Assembly (NCBI GenBank): GCA_003056265.1
Contig: NBVN01000002.1
Location: forward strand, 120,001 to 152,000
DNA from: Zestosphaera tikiterensis
GTDB lineage: Archaea > Thermoproteota > Thermoprotei_A > Sulfolobales > NBVN01
Length of the DNA stretch: 32,000 bases
Reading direction: 5' to 3'
Shown piece after piece: positions 16,236 through 26,661 of this stretch (position 1 is the first letter of the stretch; each line of letters starts with the position of its first letter). Position numbers and translations under genes: made by a program. Under the pieces are notes generated by a model. It saw only the letters and a program-made list of their open reading frames with translations. It was not told the DNA's origin and searched no databases.

Positions 16236-17855
16236 TTATATAGTGATCCTTGTTAGAATTGTTTTAACAAACCTAAAGAATATTGGTGATGGTGATATAG
16301 GTCTACTCTTAAACTCGGGATGGAATTGCGTGCCTAAGTAAAACTCGTTACCTTTAAGCTCCATAACTTCAGGGAACCCTTCCTCACTAAATCCGCTGAC
16401 TTTAAATCCAGAGCTTTCGAAATCATCTATATATGCTGGGTTTACCTGATATCTATGTCTGTGTCTCTCATATATGATTTCAGCGTTTCCGTAGATATCG
16501 CTTATTAACGTGTTCGGCACTAACCTCACAGGCAACGCCCCTAACCTCATAGTACCTCCCTTGACTAAGACGTTTTTCTGATAGCTAAGTAAATCCACAA
16601 CAGGATGTGGGGTGGTTGGATCCACTTCAGTTGTGTTGGCTCTTTCATACCCTAATACGTTCCTAGCATATTCAACAACCATTAACTGAAGACCAAAGCA
16701 AATTCCCAATACCGGCTTTCCAACCTCTCTTAAGTACCTTATAGCTTTTATCTTGCCTTCAACACCTCTAGCTCCAAATCCAGGCAATATTATAGCACCA
16801 TCAACACCGTCTAAAACGCTTCCTACGTCTAGATTACCTTTCTCTATATCCGTTGCTTCAACCCATATAAACTCAGGCTTAACCCTTTGATTTAATGAAG
16901 CATGCTTAACTGCTTCAACGATACTTAAGTAGCTATCCTTAAGTTTAGTGTACTTCCCTACCATACCTATCCTTACCTTCTTAGTGGAGGATCTGTAATT
17001 CTCTATTAACACCTTCCAAGCACTTAAGTCAGGTTCCCTATAATTAAGTCTTAGCTTATCGGATACGGCTTTCGTAAGTCCTTCGCTATGGAGTATTAAA
17101 GGAACCTCATAAATTATATCCACGTCTGGATTGCTGAATATGAAGTTTTCGGGTAGATTACCATAAAGGGATAGTTTCCTCCGCGCATCACCGTCTAAAG
17201 CTTCTGAAGCCCTAGCTACGATAATATCCGGTTGAATACCTATTCGCCTTAACTCCTGCATACTGTGTTGAGCAGGTTTTGTCTTCAGCTCACCCGTAGT
17301 TGATAATTTAGGAACTAAAACCACATGCACAAAAACCACGTTTTCAAGGCCTTTCTCTAACCTCATCTGCCTAGCAGCTTCTAAAAAAGGCAAGCCCTCT
17401 ATATCTCCTACCGTACCCCCTATTTCAACTATGGTTACATCGCTTTCATATCTGTTAGCTATCTGTTCTATCTCACTTTTTATCTCGTCAGTTACGTGGG
17501 GAATCACCTGTACGGTCTGACCTAAGTAATCCCCTCTTCTCTCCTTCTCTATAACAGCTCTATAGATCTTACCCGTAGTTATGTTGTTGTCCTTAGATAG
17601 ATTCACGCCTAAAAACCTTTCGTAATGGCCTAAGTCTAAATCTGTTTCACCACCATCTTCAGTTACGAAAACTTCTCCATGCATGTAGGGATTCATAGTA
17701 CCTGCGTCTACGTTTACGTAAGGATCTATCTTAATTGCTGTGACGTTATACCCAAGCAACTTAATTAGAAGGGCTATGGAGGCTGTAGTAACACCCTTAC
17801 CCAAACCCGAAAGTACCCCGCCAGTAACGAACACATACTTCCTAACCGTTTTCAA
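16236..17855 (-). CDS. pyrG: CTP synthase
   Basis: [16 protein letters not shown] and the GATase domain GICFGLQ...HRHRYQVN. Confidence 0.95.
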   Translation of the reverse strand: MKTVRKYVFVTGGVLSGLGKGVTTASIALLIKLLGYNVTAIKIDPYVNVDAGTMNPYMHGEVFVTEDGGETDLDLGHYERFLGVNLSKDNNITTGKIYRAVIEKERRGDYLGQTVQVIPHVTDEIKSEIEQIANRYESDVTIVEIGGTVGDIEGLPFLEAARQMRLEKGLENVVFVHVVLVPKLSTTGELKTKPAQHSMQELRRIGIQPDIIVARASEALDGDARRKLSLYGNLPENFIFSNPDVDIIYEVPLILHSEGLTKAVSDKLRLNYREPDLSAWKVLIENYRSSTKKVRIGMVGKYTKLKDSYLSIVEAVKHASLNQRVKPEFIWVEATDIEKGNLDVGSVLDGVDGAIILPGFGARGVEGKIKAIRYLREVGKPVLGICFGLQLMVVEYARNVLGYERANTTEVDPTTPHPVVDLLSYQKNVLVKGGTMRLGALPVRLVPNTLISDIYGNAEIIYERHRHRYQVNPAYIDDFESSGFKVSGFSEEGFPEVMELKGNEFYLGTQFHPEFKSRPISPSPIFFRFVKTILTRITI

Positions 17856-17961
17856 CCACCTTAAACGATATGAATTTTGTATCGAAGGTTTAAAGTTATT
17901 AATGTTTAATCTTAATATAGAGATAAATTAAATAACCTAACACTTTAAAAGGTGTTAAGTA

Positions 17962-20900
17962 TTGAAGTCTTTCTACAGGAGTTGGAGAGTGTTAATAAAG
18001 AACATGTGCCCTAACTGCGGCGGCATTATTGCTGAGGAAAGGTTGAGTAAAGGACTTCCATGCAGTTCGTGTGTCCCAGACGAAGCCCTCTTAGAGGGTG
18101 GGGAAGTAGACCTCCCTAAGGTTTTGAGCAACCTAAACAAAGGTTTCAAACTTCTTGACTTATTCCTAATGGAGGACGAACTAAAAAGATTTGAGGAGTT
18201 CTTCACGACAGTTACTAAAGGTAAGAAACTATGGAGTATTCAAAGGTCGTGGGTTAAGAGGATGTTAAGCGGGGAATCATTCGCTTTAATCGCTCCTACA
18301 GGTGTAGGTAAGTCAACGCTACTTCAGGTATACACTCTTTATAACGCATTTAAGGGTAAAGCAGTGCTCTACTTAGTGCCTACAAGACAGCTAATGACTC
18401 AAGTTGCTCAATCGATTAAATCGATGAGCAACAGTAACGTAATAGTTACGACCTCAGACAACTTTAAAGAATATTTTCAGATGAGGGATTCAGGTAGGGT
18501 TGATATCCTTACTCACGCATTCATATACAAGAACTTAAGCTCTTTTAATGGCTTAAGATATGACGTCATCGTCGTCGACGACTTTGACGCTTTACTTAAG
18601 TCTTCAACCATCGTTAACGTACTTCTTAATCTACTCGGTATATCCAAAACAGCTTTGGATTTAGCTACTAAAGTGTTGCAGGCGAAGCAGGAAGCTGTCA
18701 TATATAAGTACTTAGGTAACGTCGAGAAAATGCGTGAATTGTTTGTTCAAATAGAGAACTTAGAGTTAAACTTAGCTAAGAACTTAAACTACGTTAACGT
18801 AGGTCAATTGCTAATAGCTAGTGCTACTGGAAGAGGCAGGGGCAGTAGAGTTAGAATACTTAGGGAATTGCTTGGGTTTGAGCTAGGTTCCATAACGGAT
18901 TACATGCGTAACATAGTTGAAGCGTATCAACCTCTAAACTACCGGGAGTTGGTTGAGCTTCTGAAAAAACTCACTGGAGGAACTTTAATATTCGTAAGTA
19001 AGGATCTGGGCTTAAGTAAGGCTAAGGAGCTTACGAATATGTTAAAGGCTGAAGGGTTTAAAGTAAGTCTAGCTAATTCAAGAAGAGCCCTCGATAAGAT
19101 GAGGAACGGTGAAGTCGACATCTTAGTTGGTGTTTCCACGTATTACGGAATCTTAACTAGAGGTATTGATGAACCCTTACGGATATACAACACAGTTTTT
19201 ATGGGCATACCTAAATTCGAGTTAAGCTTAGACGCTATGCTTTTAAACCCTGTAAGCTTAGCTAAGTTGATAGGTGAGTTACCTAAGCATGGATTTAAAC
19301 CAAGCACTGAAGATATAAACGTCGTTAAAGCCATAAGCAGATTAAATAGTGGTTCGTTGAAGGTACTTCAAAAAGGTCTTAAAGGGTTTATAGATCTTAA
19401 CGGCTATCTAAAGGAGTTAAGCACGTTGATTTTATTAACTGCTGATAGAATACGTAAATTCGTTGAGGAAGAGTTAAGCAAGTCTGGAAAGCTCGTGTTA
19501 AGTCACTTAGTTATAAAGAGAAAAGATAAGGACATAGTGTGCGTGATACCGGACGTTATGACTTACATTCAAGCATCAGGAAGAAGTAGTAGATTACTTA
19601 ACGGCAGGATGACTTTAGGATTATCCGTAATATTCTTTGACGACGAGGATCTGCTTAAGATCTTCATTAACAGAATTAAGAATTACATAAACAACTATAC
19701 GCTAAAGCCGTTAAACCAAATCGACCTTAACTACGTTAAAGAACAGCAGAGACTTTCTAGGTCGTTAAGTAGTTACTCAAGCATGTCCATAGATAGGATT
19801 CGATCAGCCTTAGTCGTTGTTGAATCACCAACTAAGGCTAAAACCATAGCTAAAATGTTTGGAACACCCGGCAAGAGAATACTTGGGGATTACGTAGCCT
19901 ACGAGACTGTTGTATCTTTAGGTGATAAAGTATATGTGGTCACTATAGCGCCTACGTTAGGGCATTTACTAGATATTACGATTGGGGAGGGGCTTCACGG
20001 CGTATTAATGAATGAAGACGGTGATGTCACCCCGATTTACACGACTTTAAAGAGGTGCTACAGCTGCGGCCATCAATTCACAGAGGATAGGAGCAACTGC
20101 CCTAAATGCGGTTCTGGGAGGATTAGGGACAGCAAAAAAATAATTGAAGCACTTAGGAAAATCGCTAAGGAAGTTGATGAAGTCTTCATTGCTACAGATC
20201 CAGACGACGAAGGTGAGAAAATAGCTTACGATGTTTTCATATCTGTAAAGCCATTTAATAAAAACGTGAAGAGGGTTGAGTTCCATGAAGTAACTCGACA
20301 AGCGTTTATTAAAGCCTTAAGCAGTCCTAGGGCAATTGATTCCCATAGAGTTAATGCTCAAATAGTACGTAGAGTTGATGATAGACTACTAGGATTTGAA
20401 TTAAGTAATATCCTGCAAACCAAGTTCGATAAGCAATGGCTGGGTGGGGGTAGGGTTCAAACACCCGTTTTAAAGTGGGTTGTTGATAAATATGTGGAAT
20501 ACATCAACAACAAAGGCTATAAAGTAGTGATTTACCTGCCTAACGAACTTAAAGTTAATTTCTTCTTTGAAAACGAAGAGGATATGCGAAGGTTACTCAC
20601 CGCGTTAAATAAGGAACCGGTGCGTTTAGAGGTACTTGATGAAAAAGAGAAAGATGTGAATCCCCTACCTCCCTACACTACCGACACGATACTCAGCGAA
20701 GCTACTAAAACACTAAAGTTAAGCCCTACCGCGGTAATGAAAGGTCTGCAAGAACTTTTTGAGTTAGGTTACATCACCTACCACAGAACAGATAGTACGC
20801 ATGTTTCTAATGTCGGCATTGAAATCGCTAGAGAGTATTTCAGTAACAGGCCGGAACTTCAGGAGATTTTCACACCTAGAAGTTGGGGTACGGAGGGCAC

Positions 20901-21612
20901 TCACGAGTGCATTAGACCTACTAAACCTATAGAGAAAATCGATGAAGACTTTTGGAACGCGGTTGCTTCAAACCTTACGTGGATTCATAAATCATTATAT
21001 GACATGATATTCCGGAGGTTTATGGCTAGTCAAGCAGGTCAGGCAAAAATCCTCTATAAGAAAGTTAAGATATCTATTGACTCATATGAAGTTATAGCTG
21101 AATACCCCGTTAGAATACTTAAAGTCGGCTTCACGAGGTTAACACCTATACGAATATATGAAGAGTTAGATAGAGTCGAAAGATTCGCTGAGGTGAAACC
21201 GATAAAAGTAGATCACTTCAAATCCTCGAAAGCTACTCTATTTTCGACGTCAGACGTTATTAGGTTAATGAAGGAAAACCGTATAGGGCGACCAAGCACA
21301 TATGCGAAAGCCATAGAAAATAATCTAAGGCACGGTTACGTAGTATTATCTAAGAAGAAGCAGTTCATCATACCTACGAAGACAGGACTTGAAGTAGTTA
21401 ATTTCATACAGGGTAGGTATCCATATCTAACAACACCTCAATTCACAAGAGATTTGGAAGCACTTCTGGAGTTGGTTAGGTCAGGCAGAATCAGCCGAGA
21501 TAAAGCACTTACATTCATACTAAGTGATGTAATAGTCCTTAGAACGCTGAACAACATAGTTGCTGAGGCGGATAAAACCTTAGTTGCGGATAACTCAGCC
21601 ATAGCTGACTAG
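17962..21612 (+). CDS. rgy: Reverse gyrase
   Basis: N-terminal zinc finger CPNCGG...CSSC, helicase motifs APTGVGKS and VVDDFD, Toprim VVESPTKAKTIAKMFG, second zinc finger CYSCGH...CPKCG, and topo IA active-site YITYHRTDS. 1216 aa, with GGTG 7 nt upstream of the TTG start (an alternative ATG is at 18004). Confidence 0.97.
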   Translation: MKSFYRSWRVLIKNMCPNCGGIIAEERLSKGLPCSSCVPDEALLEGGEVDLPKVLSNLNKGFKLLDLFLMEDELKRFEEFFTTVTKGKKLWSIQRSWVKRMLSGESFALIAPTGVGKSTLLQVYTLYNAFKGKAVLYLVPTRQLMTQVAQSIKSMSNSNVIVTTSDNFKEYFQMRDSGRVDILTHAFIYKNLSSFNGLRYDVIVVDDFDALLKSSTIVNVLLNLLGISKTALDLATKVLQAKQEAVIYKYLGNVEKMRELFVQIENLELNLAKNLNYVNVGQLLIASATGRGRGSRVRILRELLGFELGSITDYMRNIVEAYQPLNYRELVELLKKLTGGTLIFVSKDLGLSKAKELTNMLKAEGFKVSLANSRRALDKMRNGEVDILVGVSTYYGILTRGIDEPLRIYNTVFMGIPKFELSLDAMLLNPVSLAKLIGELPKHGFKPSTEDINVVKAISRLNSGSLKVLQKGLKGFIDLNGYLKELSTLILLTADRIRKFVEEELSKSGKLVLSHLVIKRKDKDIVCVIPDVMTYIQASGRSSRLLNGRMTLGLSVIFFDDEDLLKIFINRIKNYINNYTLKPLNQIDLNYVKEQQRLSRSLSSYSSMSIDRIRSALVVVESPTKAKTIAKMFGTPGKRILGDYVAYETVVSLGDKVYVVTIAPTLGHLLDITIGEGLHGVLMNEDGDVTPIYTTLKRCYSCGHQFTEDRSNCPKCGSGRIRDSKKIIEALRKIAKEVDEVFIATDPDDEGEKIAYDVFISVKPFNKNVKRVEFHEVTRQAFIKALSSPRAIDSHRVNAQIVRRVDDRLLGFELSNILQTKFDKQWLGGGRVQTPVLKWVVDKYVEYINNKGYKVVIYLPNELKVNFFFENEEDMRRLLTALNKEPVRLEVLDEKEKDVNPLPPYTTDTILSEATKTLKLSPTAVMKGLQELFELGYITYHRTDSTHVSNVGIEIAREYFSNRPELQEIFTPRSWGTEGTHECIRPTKPIEKIDEDFWNAVASNLTWIHKSLYDMIFRRFMASQAGQAKILYKKVKISIDSYEVIAEYPVRILKVGFTRLTPIRIYEELDRVERFAEVKPIKVDHFKSSKATLFSTSDVIRLMKENRIGRPSTYAKAIENNLRHGYVVLSKKKQFIIPTKTGLEVVNFIQGRYPYLTTPQFTRDLEALLELVRSGRISRDKALTFILSDVIVLRTLNNIVAEADKTLVADNSAIAD

Positions 21613-21664
21613 GTTTTAAACGCTTTAAACTAGATAGTTTCTATTATTATGAGGTATCAAACAC

Positions 21665-21949
21665 TTGAGAATAAGACTACTGGCCTTAACGAATGAACTA
21701 CTTAGGAAGATATTTACGTTGATGAGCTTAATCCTAAGCGCTATCTACATAGCTTTAGTAGCTCTAGATATGTTTATAATCTACCTAGAGATTCGATTCG
21801 CTACTTTTAAGAACCTACTGTTGTTTAGACTAATACTTACACTTAATGGATTGCCAACTGACGTTAGGGCTGTGCTTACGTCAACATATAGAAATGGTTT
21901 GAAAACGATCAGGTTTAATTTAAAGGATCTCCTCAGAAGTTTTAGATGA
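21665..21949 (+). CDS. Hypothetical small membrane protein (94 aa)
   Basis: It has one clear hydrophobic helix and a TTG start. This is a weak call. Confidence 0.3.
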   Translation: MRIRLLALTNELLRKIFTLMSLILSAIYIALVALDMFIIYLEIRFATFKNLLLFRLILTLNGLPTDVRAVLTSTYRNGLKTIRFNLKDLLRSFR

Positions 21950-21992
21950 CTACATCCGACCCAACAAAACTTGCTTAACCACTTCCCACCTT

Positions 21993-22949
21993 TTATTTAA
22001 AAAGCCTAGTGCTAAAGTATCTAGCGGCATAATCCGGCAATATAGTCACGATCTTACTGCCTTCACTTAAGTTAAACCTTCTCGCTATCTTTATAGCTGC
22101 CATTACATTAGCGCCTGAGGAGATTCCTACAGCAAGGCCTTCATACCTGGCTAGTTTTTTAGCCATGGAAATAGCTTCATCAGACGTAACCACTTCGAAA
22201 TGATCTATGAGGTGCCTGTATTTTCTAATTATGTTTGGTACAAAACCGTCTCCCACACCCTCTATTTCATGTCTTCCCCAAGGCCCTTCCTTACCTGTAT
22301 AGAACCAATGATAAGCAACTGGACATTCAGCAGGTTCAGCACCTACTATTAAGGTTTTAGGGTTTCTTTCCTTAAGTCTCTTAGCTATACCTACTAAAGT
22401 TCCACCCGTACCTATATGCGCTACGAAGGCATCTACAGAGTTTAGCTGCTGTAATATCTCAGCTCCTGTAGTCTCATAATGTGCTTCCACATTAGCTTCA
22501 TCATCCCATTGATCTAGGAATACGTACTTATCTGGGTGTTTTTCCTCAAGTTCTTTACCGTATTTAAGTGCTGCGAAAGCGTCTGATTCGCCTCCCGGCA
22601 CTTTAACTATTTCAGCTCCGTAATGACTTATTAACATAAACCTTTCCGCACTCATTTCCTCAGGAATTACAATCATTACTTTATAACCTAAAGCAGCGCC
22701 TAAAGCAGCGAAGGCTATCCCCGTATTTCCTGTAGTAGCAACTACTATAGTTTTATCTTTAGTAAGCCTTCCCTCCCTCTCCGCCTTTTTAATCATGTAC
22801 AAAGCCATTCTATCCTTTACACTCCCTGTAGGATTCATAAACTCCAGCTTAACCCAAATCTCCGCCTTTACGTCTTCAGGTATTGACCTCCCAAGCCTAA
22901 TTATTGGCGTGTTTCCGATAACGTCAGCTATACTTACGCCTCTTTTCAT
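21993..22949 (-). CDS. PLP-dependent cysteine synthase family enzyme (CysK/CysM/O-phosphoserine sulfhydrylase/CBS-type)
   Basis: PLP-lysine motif NPTGSVKDRMA, TTGNTG, and the IGTGGTLVG loop. GGTG Shine-Dalgarno 7 nt before the ATG. Confidence 0.88.
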   Translation of the reverse strand: MKRGVSIADVIGNTPIIRLGRSIPEDVKAEIWVKLEFMNPTGSVKDRMALYMIKKAEREGRLTKDKTIVVATTGNTGIAFAALGAALGYKVMIVIPEEMSAERFMLISHYGAEIVKVPGGESDAFAALKYGKELEEKHPDKYVFLDQWDDEANVEAHYETTGAEILQQLNSVDAFVAHIGTGGTLVGIAKRLKERNPKTLIVGAEPAECPVAYHWFYTGKEGPWGRHEIEGVGDGFVPNIIRKYRHLIDHFEVVTSDEAISMAKKLARYEGLAVGISSGANVMAAIKIARRFNLSEGSKIVTILPDYAARYFSTRLFK

Positions 22950-23204
22950 TTAAGACACCATGTATACCTGCTGTATGTTATTAATATAAAGTATTTTATG
23001 TCGTTATGTAAATTAACTCTTCTTAGACGAGAGAGTGACCTTACCAAAGTCGTGAACTTAGGAGTTACTGTAGTGCTTTACAACCGAGAGCCTCGTTATT
23101 TGTGGTGGGGATGGGAAGGTTTTATATAATTGCTTTTAGTTTACTCTTGATTGCAGTGTTTAATATGGTGGTGTAGTATAGGTTGTGTTTAATTAATTGC
23201 TTGG

Positions 23205-23400
23205 TGTTTACCTCCCACATGAATGCTTGAGACCTTCGGAGGTCGATGATTGGTGAAGGTATTCCATAACCTCGAGACCCTATGGGATAGGGATAATGGG
23301 TCGGAGGCCCGGCCCGGAGGTGGGTGAGGTGGGTGGAGAGAGATGCGTCTTCAAGCCGATGAACTGCCTGAGGAGGAATCCCCACCCCTCAGGACGGGGA
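23205..23400. ncRNA. GC-rich, strongly structured island. It is a candidate structured ncRNA of unrecognised class, with strand undetermined.
   Basis: GC content jumps sharply inside an AT-rich intergenic region. The ends are complementary (cctccc / gggagg). Internal hairpins include gacct-tcgg-aggtc and cctgagg...cctcagg, and AGGTGGGTG is repeated in tandem. Confidence 0.4.
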
Positions 23401-24085
23401 GGAGATTAGTCTTAAAAGCAAGTTGCTTTTCTGAAATGCCGTAGAGCCGAGCCTTAAAACTCCAGCTAAACATTTTATGGAGAGCGTTAAACTTGTAAGC
23501 CGGTCTCATAAGCGTTCGTCCTTTCTTTAAAGCGTCAAGCACTTCTTCCTTTTTTAAATCATTTACGTAAATTAAGTTATATGAACATCCTATTTCAGAG
23601 AGGGTATGGGCGTCGGAGTTTGATAGTAGGGTTTTAGACTTATTACGTAACATTAAATAACTAAGCAAGTTGGTTATAGGGTCTGAGCGTGCGTTAAATA
23701 CTTCAAATCCATCCCATAAATCATAAATTCTCGATTTACCGCCGACGCCGAGTCTTTTTAAATCGAATGGGTGTGCCGGTATTATAACGCAGGAATTTTC
23801 TTTAGCTATATCACGTAAGAGGTAAGGATTTTCTGAAACGGTAATAGGTTCTTCACAGAATATTAGAACATCGCCCCATACCGTCCTGACTTCATTTCCC
23901 AATAACACAACTATATCATGTTCCTCTGCATATCTAGACGCTATTACAGATCCTAAAAAGCTGTTGTGATCGGTTATGGATATTACATTAAGTTTTAATT
24001 TACGGGCGTATTTCACTATATCTTTAGGTGAGGCTTCACCGTCGCTAACGTAGCTGTGTATGTGTAAATCAGCTCGAGCAAGCAT
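23351..24085 (-). CDS. PHP-domain metal-dependent phosphoesterase
   Basis: DLHIHSYVSDG, SITDHNS and PAHPF motifs. The last ~17 codons (PVLRGGDSSSGSSSA) run into the GC-rich island and may be over-extension. Confidence 0.8.
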   Translation of the reverse strand: MLARADLHIHSYVSDGEASPKDIVKYARKLKLNVISITDHNSFLGSVIASRYAEEHDIVVLLGNEVRTVWGDVLIFCEEPITVSENPYLLRDIAKENSCVIIPAHPFDLKRLGVGGKSRIYDLWDGFEVFNARSDPITNLLSYLMLRNKSKTLLSNSDAHTLSEIGCSYNLIYVNDLKKEEVLDALKKGRTLMRPAYKFNALHKMFSWSFKARLYGISEKQLAFKTNLLPVLRGGDSSSGSSSA

Positions 24086-24151
24086 TCTTCAACACAACGT
24101 ATGTTTCTTGCTGTTATTTGAGTAAAGCGTGATTCACACCTTATCTAACAG

Positions 24152-25555
24152 CTATGACGTATGTCTTTTCGATATTTCACTCCATAGAAAAACGTATTTT
24201 AACGCCTTAATGGCTTCTTCAGGCGTTTTGAAAGCTGGTATCTTAACCTCACGTTCTAAGGTTTCTATATGTCTTTCTGTGTAAGAACCACCTGGCGAGG
24301 CTAAAACCACGGGTTTCCTATACGACTTTACTAAAGTGCTTAACTCCTTAACAAAGCCTAATGGCTCGAAAGCCGGTGACTGCATAAGAGTTATCACTAA
24401 AACTAAGTCTACGTTATCGTCTTTCAAAACCGCTTCCACAGCGATTTTATATCTAGCGGGGGGAGCATCACCTAAAATATCCACGGGGTTTTGAACTGAC
24501 GCGGCTGGAGGCAACTCTCTTCTTAAGTATTCTTTAACTTCACTAGAGAGTTCAACGATCTTAAGGCCTTCTAGTTCTGCTGCGTCCGTAGCTAAGACAC
24601 CAGCCCCTCCGCCATTAGTGACTATGGCTAAGTTATTGCCTTTAGGTACCGGCAACCAACTTAATGCTTTAGCAACTAATATAAGTTCATTTAATTCTTT
24701 AACTACTATAGCTCCAGCTTGTTTTAAAGCAGCTTCGTAAACCTGGTAGGAACCAGCTAAGGAACCTGTATGCGACGCGACTGCTTTCATGCCCTTCTCC
24801 GATTTCCCCGCTTTAAGTATGACTACAGGTTTTCCAAGCTTTACAGCGGTTTTTATAGAGTTGAGGAACTTCCTCCCATCCTCAACTCCCTCTATGTATG
24901 CTAAGATAACTTTAGTCTTAGGGTCGTAAGCTAAGAACTCTATTAACTCCCATTCTTTAACGTCAGCAGCGTTACCGAAGCTAACGAATTTAGACATACC
25001 TACACCGGCTTCACTAAGCCAGTCTAACACAGCAGCGCCTAAAGCTCCAGACTGCGATATGAAAGCCACATCACCCGGTAAAGGTTTACTTTGCCTATCT
25101 GAGGGGTTGAAGATAGTGTCCAAGCCTGTGTAAGCATCGTATATACCTAAGCAGTTAGGACCTATGACTCTCATACCATGTTTCCTAGCTATTGAAACAA
25201 GTTCTTTCTCAAGCATCTCGCCCTGAGGACCTACCTCCTTAAAACCAGCACTTATGACTATGGCCGCCTTAACACCCCTTAAGCCGCACTCATCTAACAC
25301 CGAAGGAACGACTTTAGCTGGGACGGCAACCACAACTAGGTCTGGAGTTTCAGGAAGCTCCGCGCAGCTCTTATAAGCTTTAAAACCTAAAACTTCGTCG
25401 TATTTAACATTTACGGGATATATCCTACCTTTAAACCTTTCAATGAGGTTATCCATTATTGCCCTACCTATAGTGCCCTTAACAGGTGACGCACCTATGA
25501 GTGCTATGCTGGAAGGCGCGAAAAACTTTTCAAATATTTCGTATCCAACACCCAT
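24152..25555 (-). CDS. ADP-forming acetyl-CoA synthetase (NDP-forming acyl-CoA synthetase) alpha subunit / CoA-binding protein
   Basis: IALIGAS CoA-binding fold, GPNCLGIY, SQSGALG and the phosphohistidine loop ASHTGSLAGS. 467 aa. Confidence 0.85.
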   Translation of the reverse strand: MGVGYEIFEKFFAPSSIALIGASPVKGTIGRAIMDNLIERFKGRIYPVNVKYDEVLGFKAYKSCAELPETPDLVVVAVPAKVVPSVLDECGLRGVKAAIVISAGFKEVGPQGEMLEKELVSIARKHGMRVIGPNCLGIYDAYTGLDTIFNPSDRQSKPLPGDVAFISQSGALGAAVLDWLSEAGVGMSKFVSFGNAADVKEWELIEFLAYDPKTKVILAYIEGVEDGRKFLNSIKTAVKLGKPVVILKAGKSEKGMKAVASHTGSLAGSYQVYEAALKQAGAIVVKELNELILVAKALSWLPVPKGNNLAIVTNGGGAGVLATDAAELEGLKIVELSSEVKEYLRRELPPAASVQNPVDILGDAPPARYKIAVEAVLKDDNVDLVLVITLMQSPAFEPLGFVKELSTLVKSYRKPVVLASPGGSYTERHIETLEREVKIPAFKTPEEAIKALKYVFLWSEISKRHTS

Positions 25556-25627
25556 TGGTCAACTCCCTAATCTACTAACCACAGGCTTAAAATTATTTAA
25601 TTAACTCCAACTACAGATATGAGTTCG

Positions 25628-25661
25628 CACCTACGTAAGTAGGTTAATGCTTACGTAGGTG
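25628..25661. repeat. Perfect 12-bp inverted repeat with a 10-nt spacer
   Basis: cacctacgtaag-taggttaatg-cttacgtaggtg, located 73-106 nt upstream of the acyl-CoA synthetase start. Confidence 0.8.
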
Positions 25662-26007
25662 TTCATCGCCTATGGAATCCTTCAAACCCGACTGCGGGAG
25701 CTATTCATTCCTTCATAACTCCCCTCATCGAACTTGAATTCATTTAACGCTTATCCACCTCGCCATCATCATCAGTGTCGAAACCTCAACAAGTTTAGCA
25801 CTAGAGATACATAAGTGTTTTAATATGTTATCGTTAGCTAAAAATTAGTGTTAGATATTCACGCAACATCAGCATATCTACTAACAATAAAATATCTGAA
25901 ATCCATTAACGCTTGGTAACACCTATGAAAAACGAAATCGTTTCTCGAAGGCGATCACAAACTTAGCAAAATTAAAACTGCCTACTTAATAAAAGGTAGG
26001 GTGTTGA

Positions 26008-26661
26008 CTGCTGCCTAGCTTAAGTGAAGTACATCACGCGTGTTATGAGGTAGTTGTTCTAGACGTTGATGACACGCTTGTAAGGACAGGTATTGACTGG
26101 CGTAGGATTCGCGCGGAGATAGCTAAAGTTTTAGGGTTTGAAGTCCCTAAAACCCCTCTAGCCGAGTTTTTAAGCGGCGTTTCTGGGAGTGTAGATGCTC
26201 GTAAGCTAGCTACGGTTTTAGAGATCGTTCATAATGAAGAGATGAAAAGCGTTGACAGGATTGAAAGCAATGAAGCGTTGAAGGAGTTGATGAGTGAGTT
26301 AAAAAATCTAGGTTTGAAAATATCTGTAATTACTTTACGAAGTAAAGACACAACTGTAATGATATTAAAGAAGTTGAACATCCTCGAATTTATCGATCTA
26401 ATAGTTACGAGGGAGGACGTCAGTCAAAGACTAGAGCAGCTAAAGTTAGTTCTAAAGTTCTTTAAAGTCCCTCCGCATGCTATAGTATTCTTCGGAGATC
26501 ATGAAACAGATTTAATAGCTGGTCAAACACTAAACGTAAAAACCGAATTAATACCTAAGAATCCTAACTCCTTAGGAGTGCCTGAAGAGCTTCTTATTAA
26601 ATTACGTTCTTTAGTAGAGCATCATAAGCTGTTCTGCAGGAATTCAGGCCTACCTTCGTAA
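26008..26661 (+). CDS. HAD-superfamily hydrolase. The frame is open from 26008, but there is no canonical start before the ATG at 26242.
   Basis: The in-frame upstream sequence VVVLDVDDTLV (26050-26082) is HAD motif I. Downstream motifs are ISVITLRS and FFGDHETD. Confidence 0.7.
   Translation: MLPSLSEVHHACYEVVVLDVDDTLVRTGIDWRRIRAEIAKVLGFEVPKTPLAEFLSGVSGSVDARKLATVLEIVHNEEMKSVDRIESNEALKELMSELKNLGLKISVITLRSKDTTVMILKKLNILEFIDLIVTREDVSQRLEQLKLVLKFFKVPPHAIVFFGDHETDLIAGQTLNVKTELIPKNPNSLGVPEELLIKLRSLVEHHKLFCRNSGLPS

Noticed and set aside
23122-23385. 87-aa ORF on the minus strand
   Set aside because: Half of it is the GC-rich structured island and half is AT-rich spacer. The composition is implausible and no start context is present.
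23205-23400. Identification of the GC island as SRP RNA, RNase P RNA or a tRNA
   Set aside because: The conserved SRP helix-8 motifs (GGAA tetraloop with AGCA), the RNase P CR-I/CR-V motifs and a tRNA T-arm are all absent. The island is also too short for a typical 7S RNA. It is kept only as an unclassified candidate.
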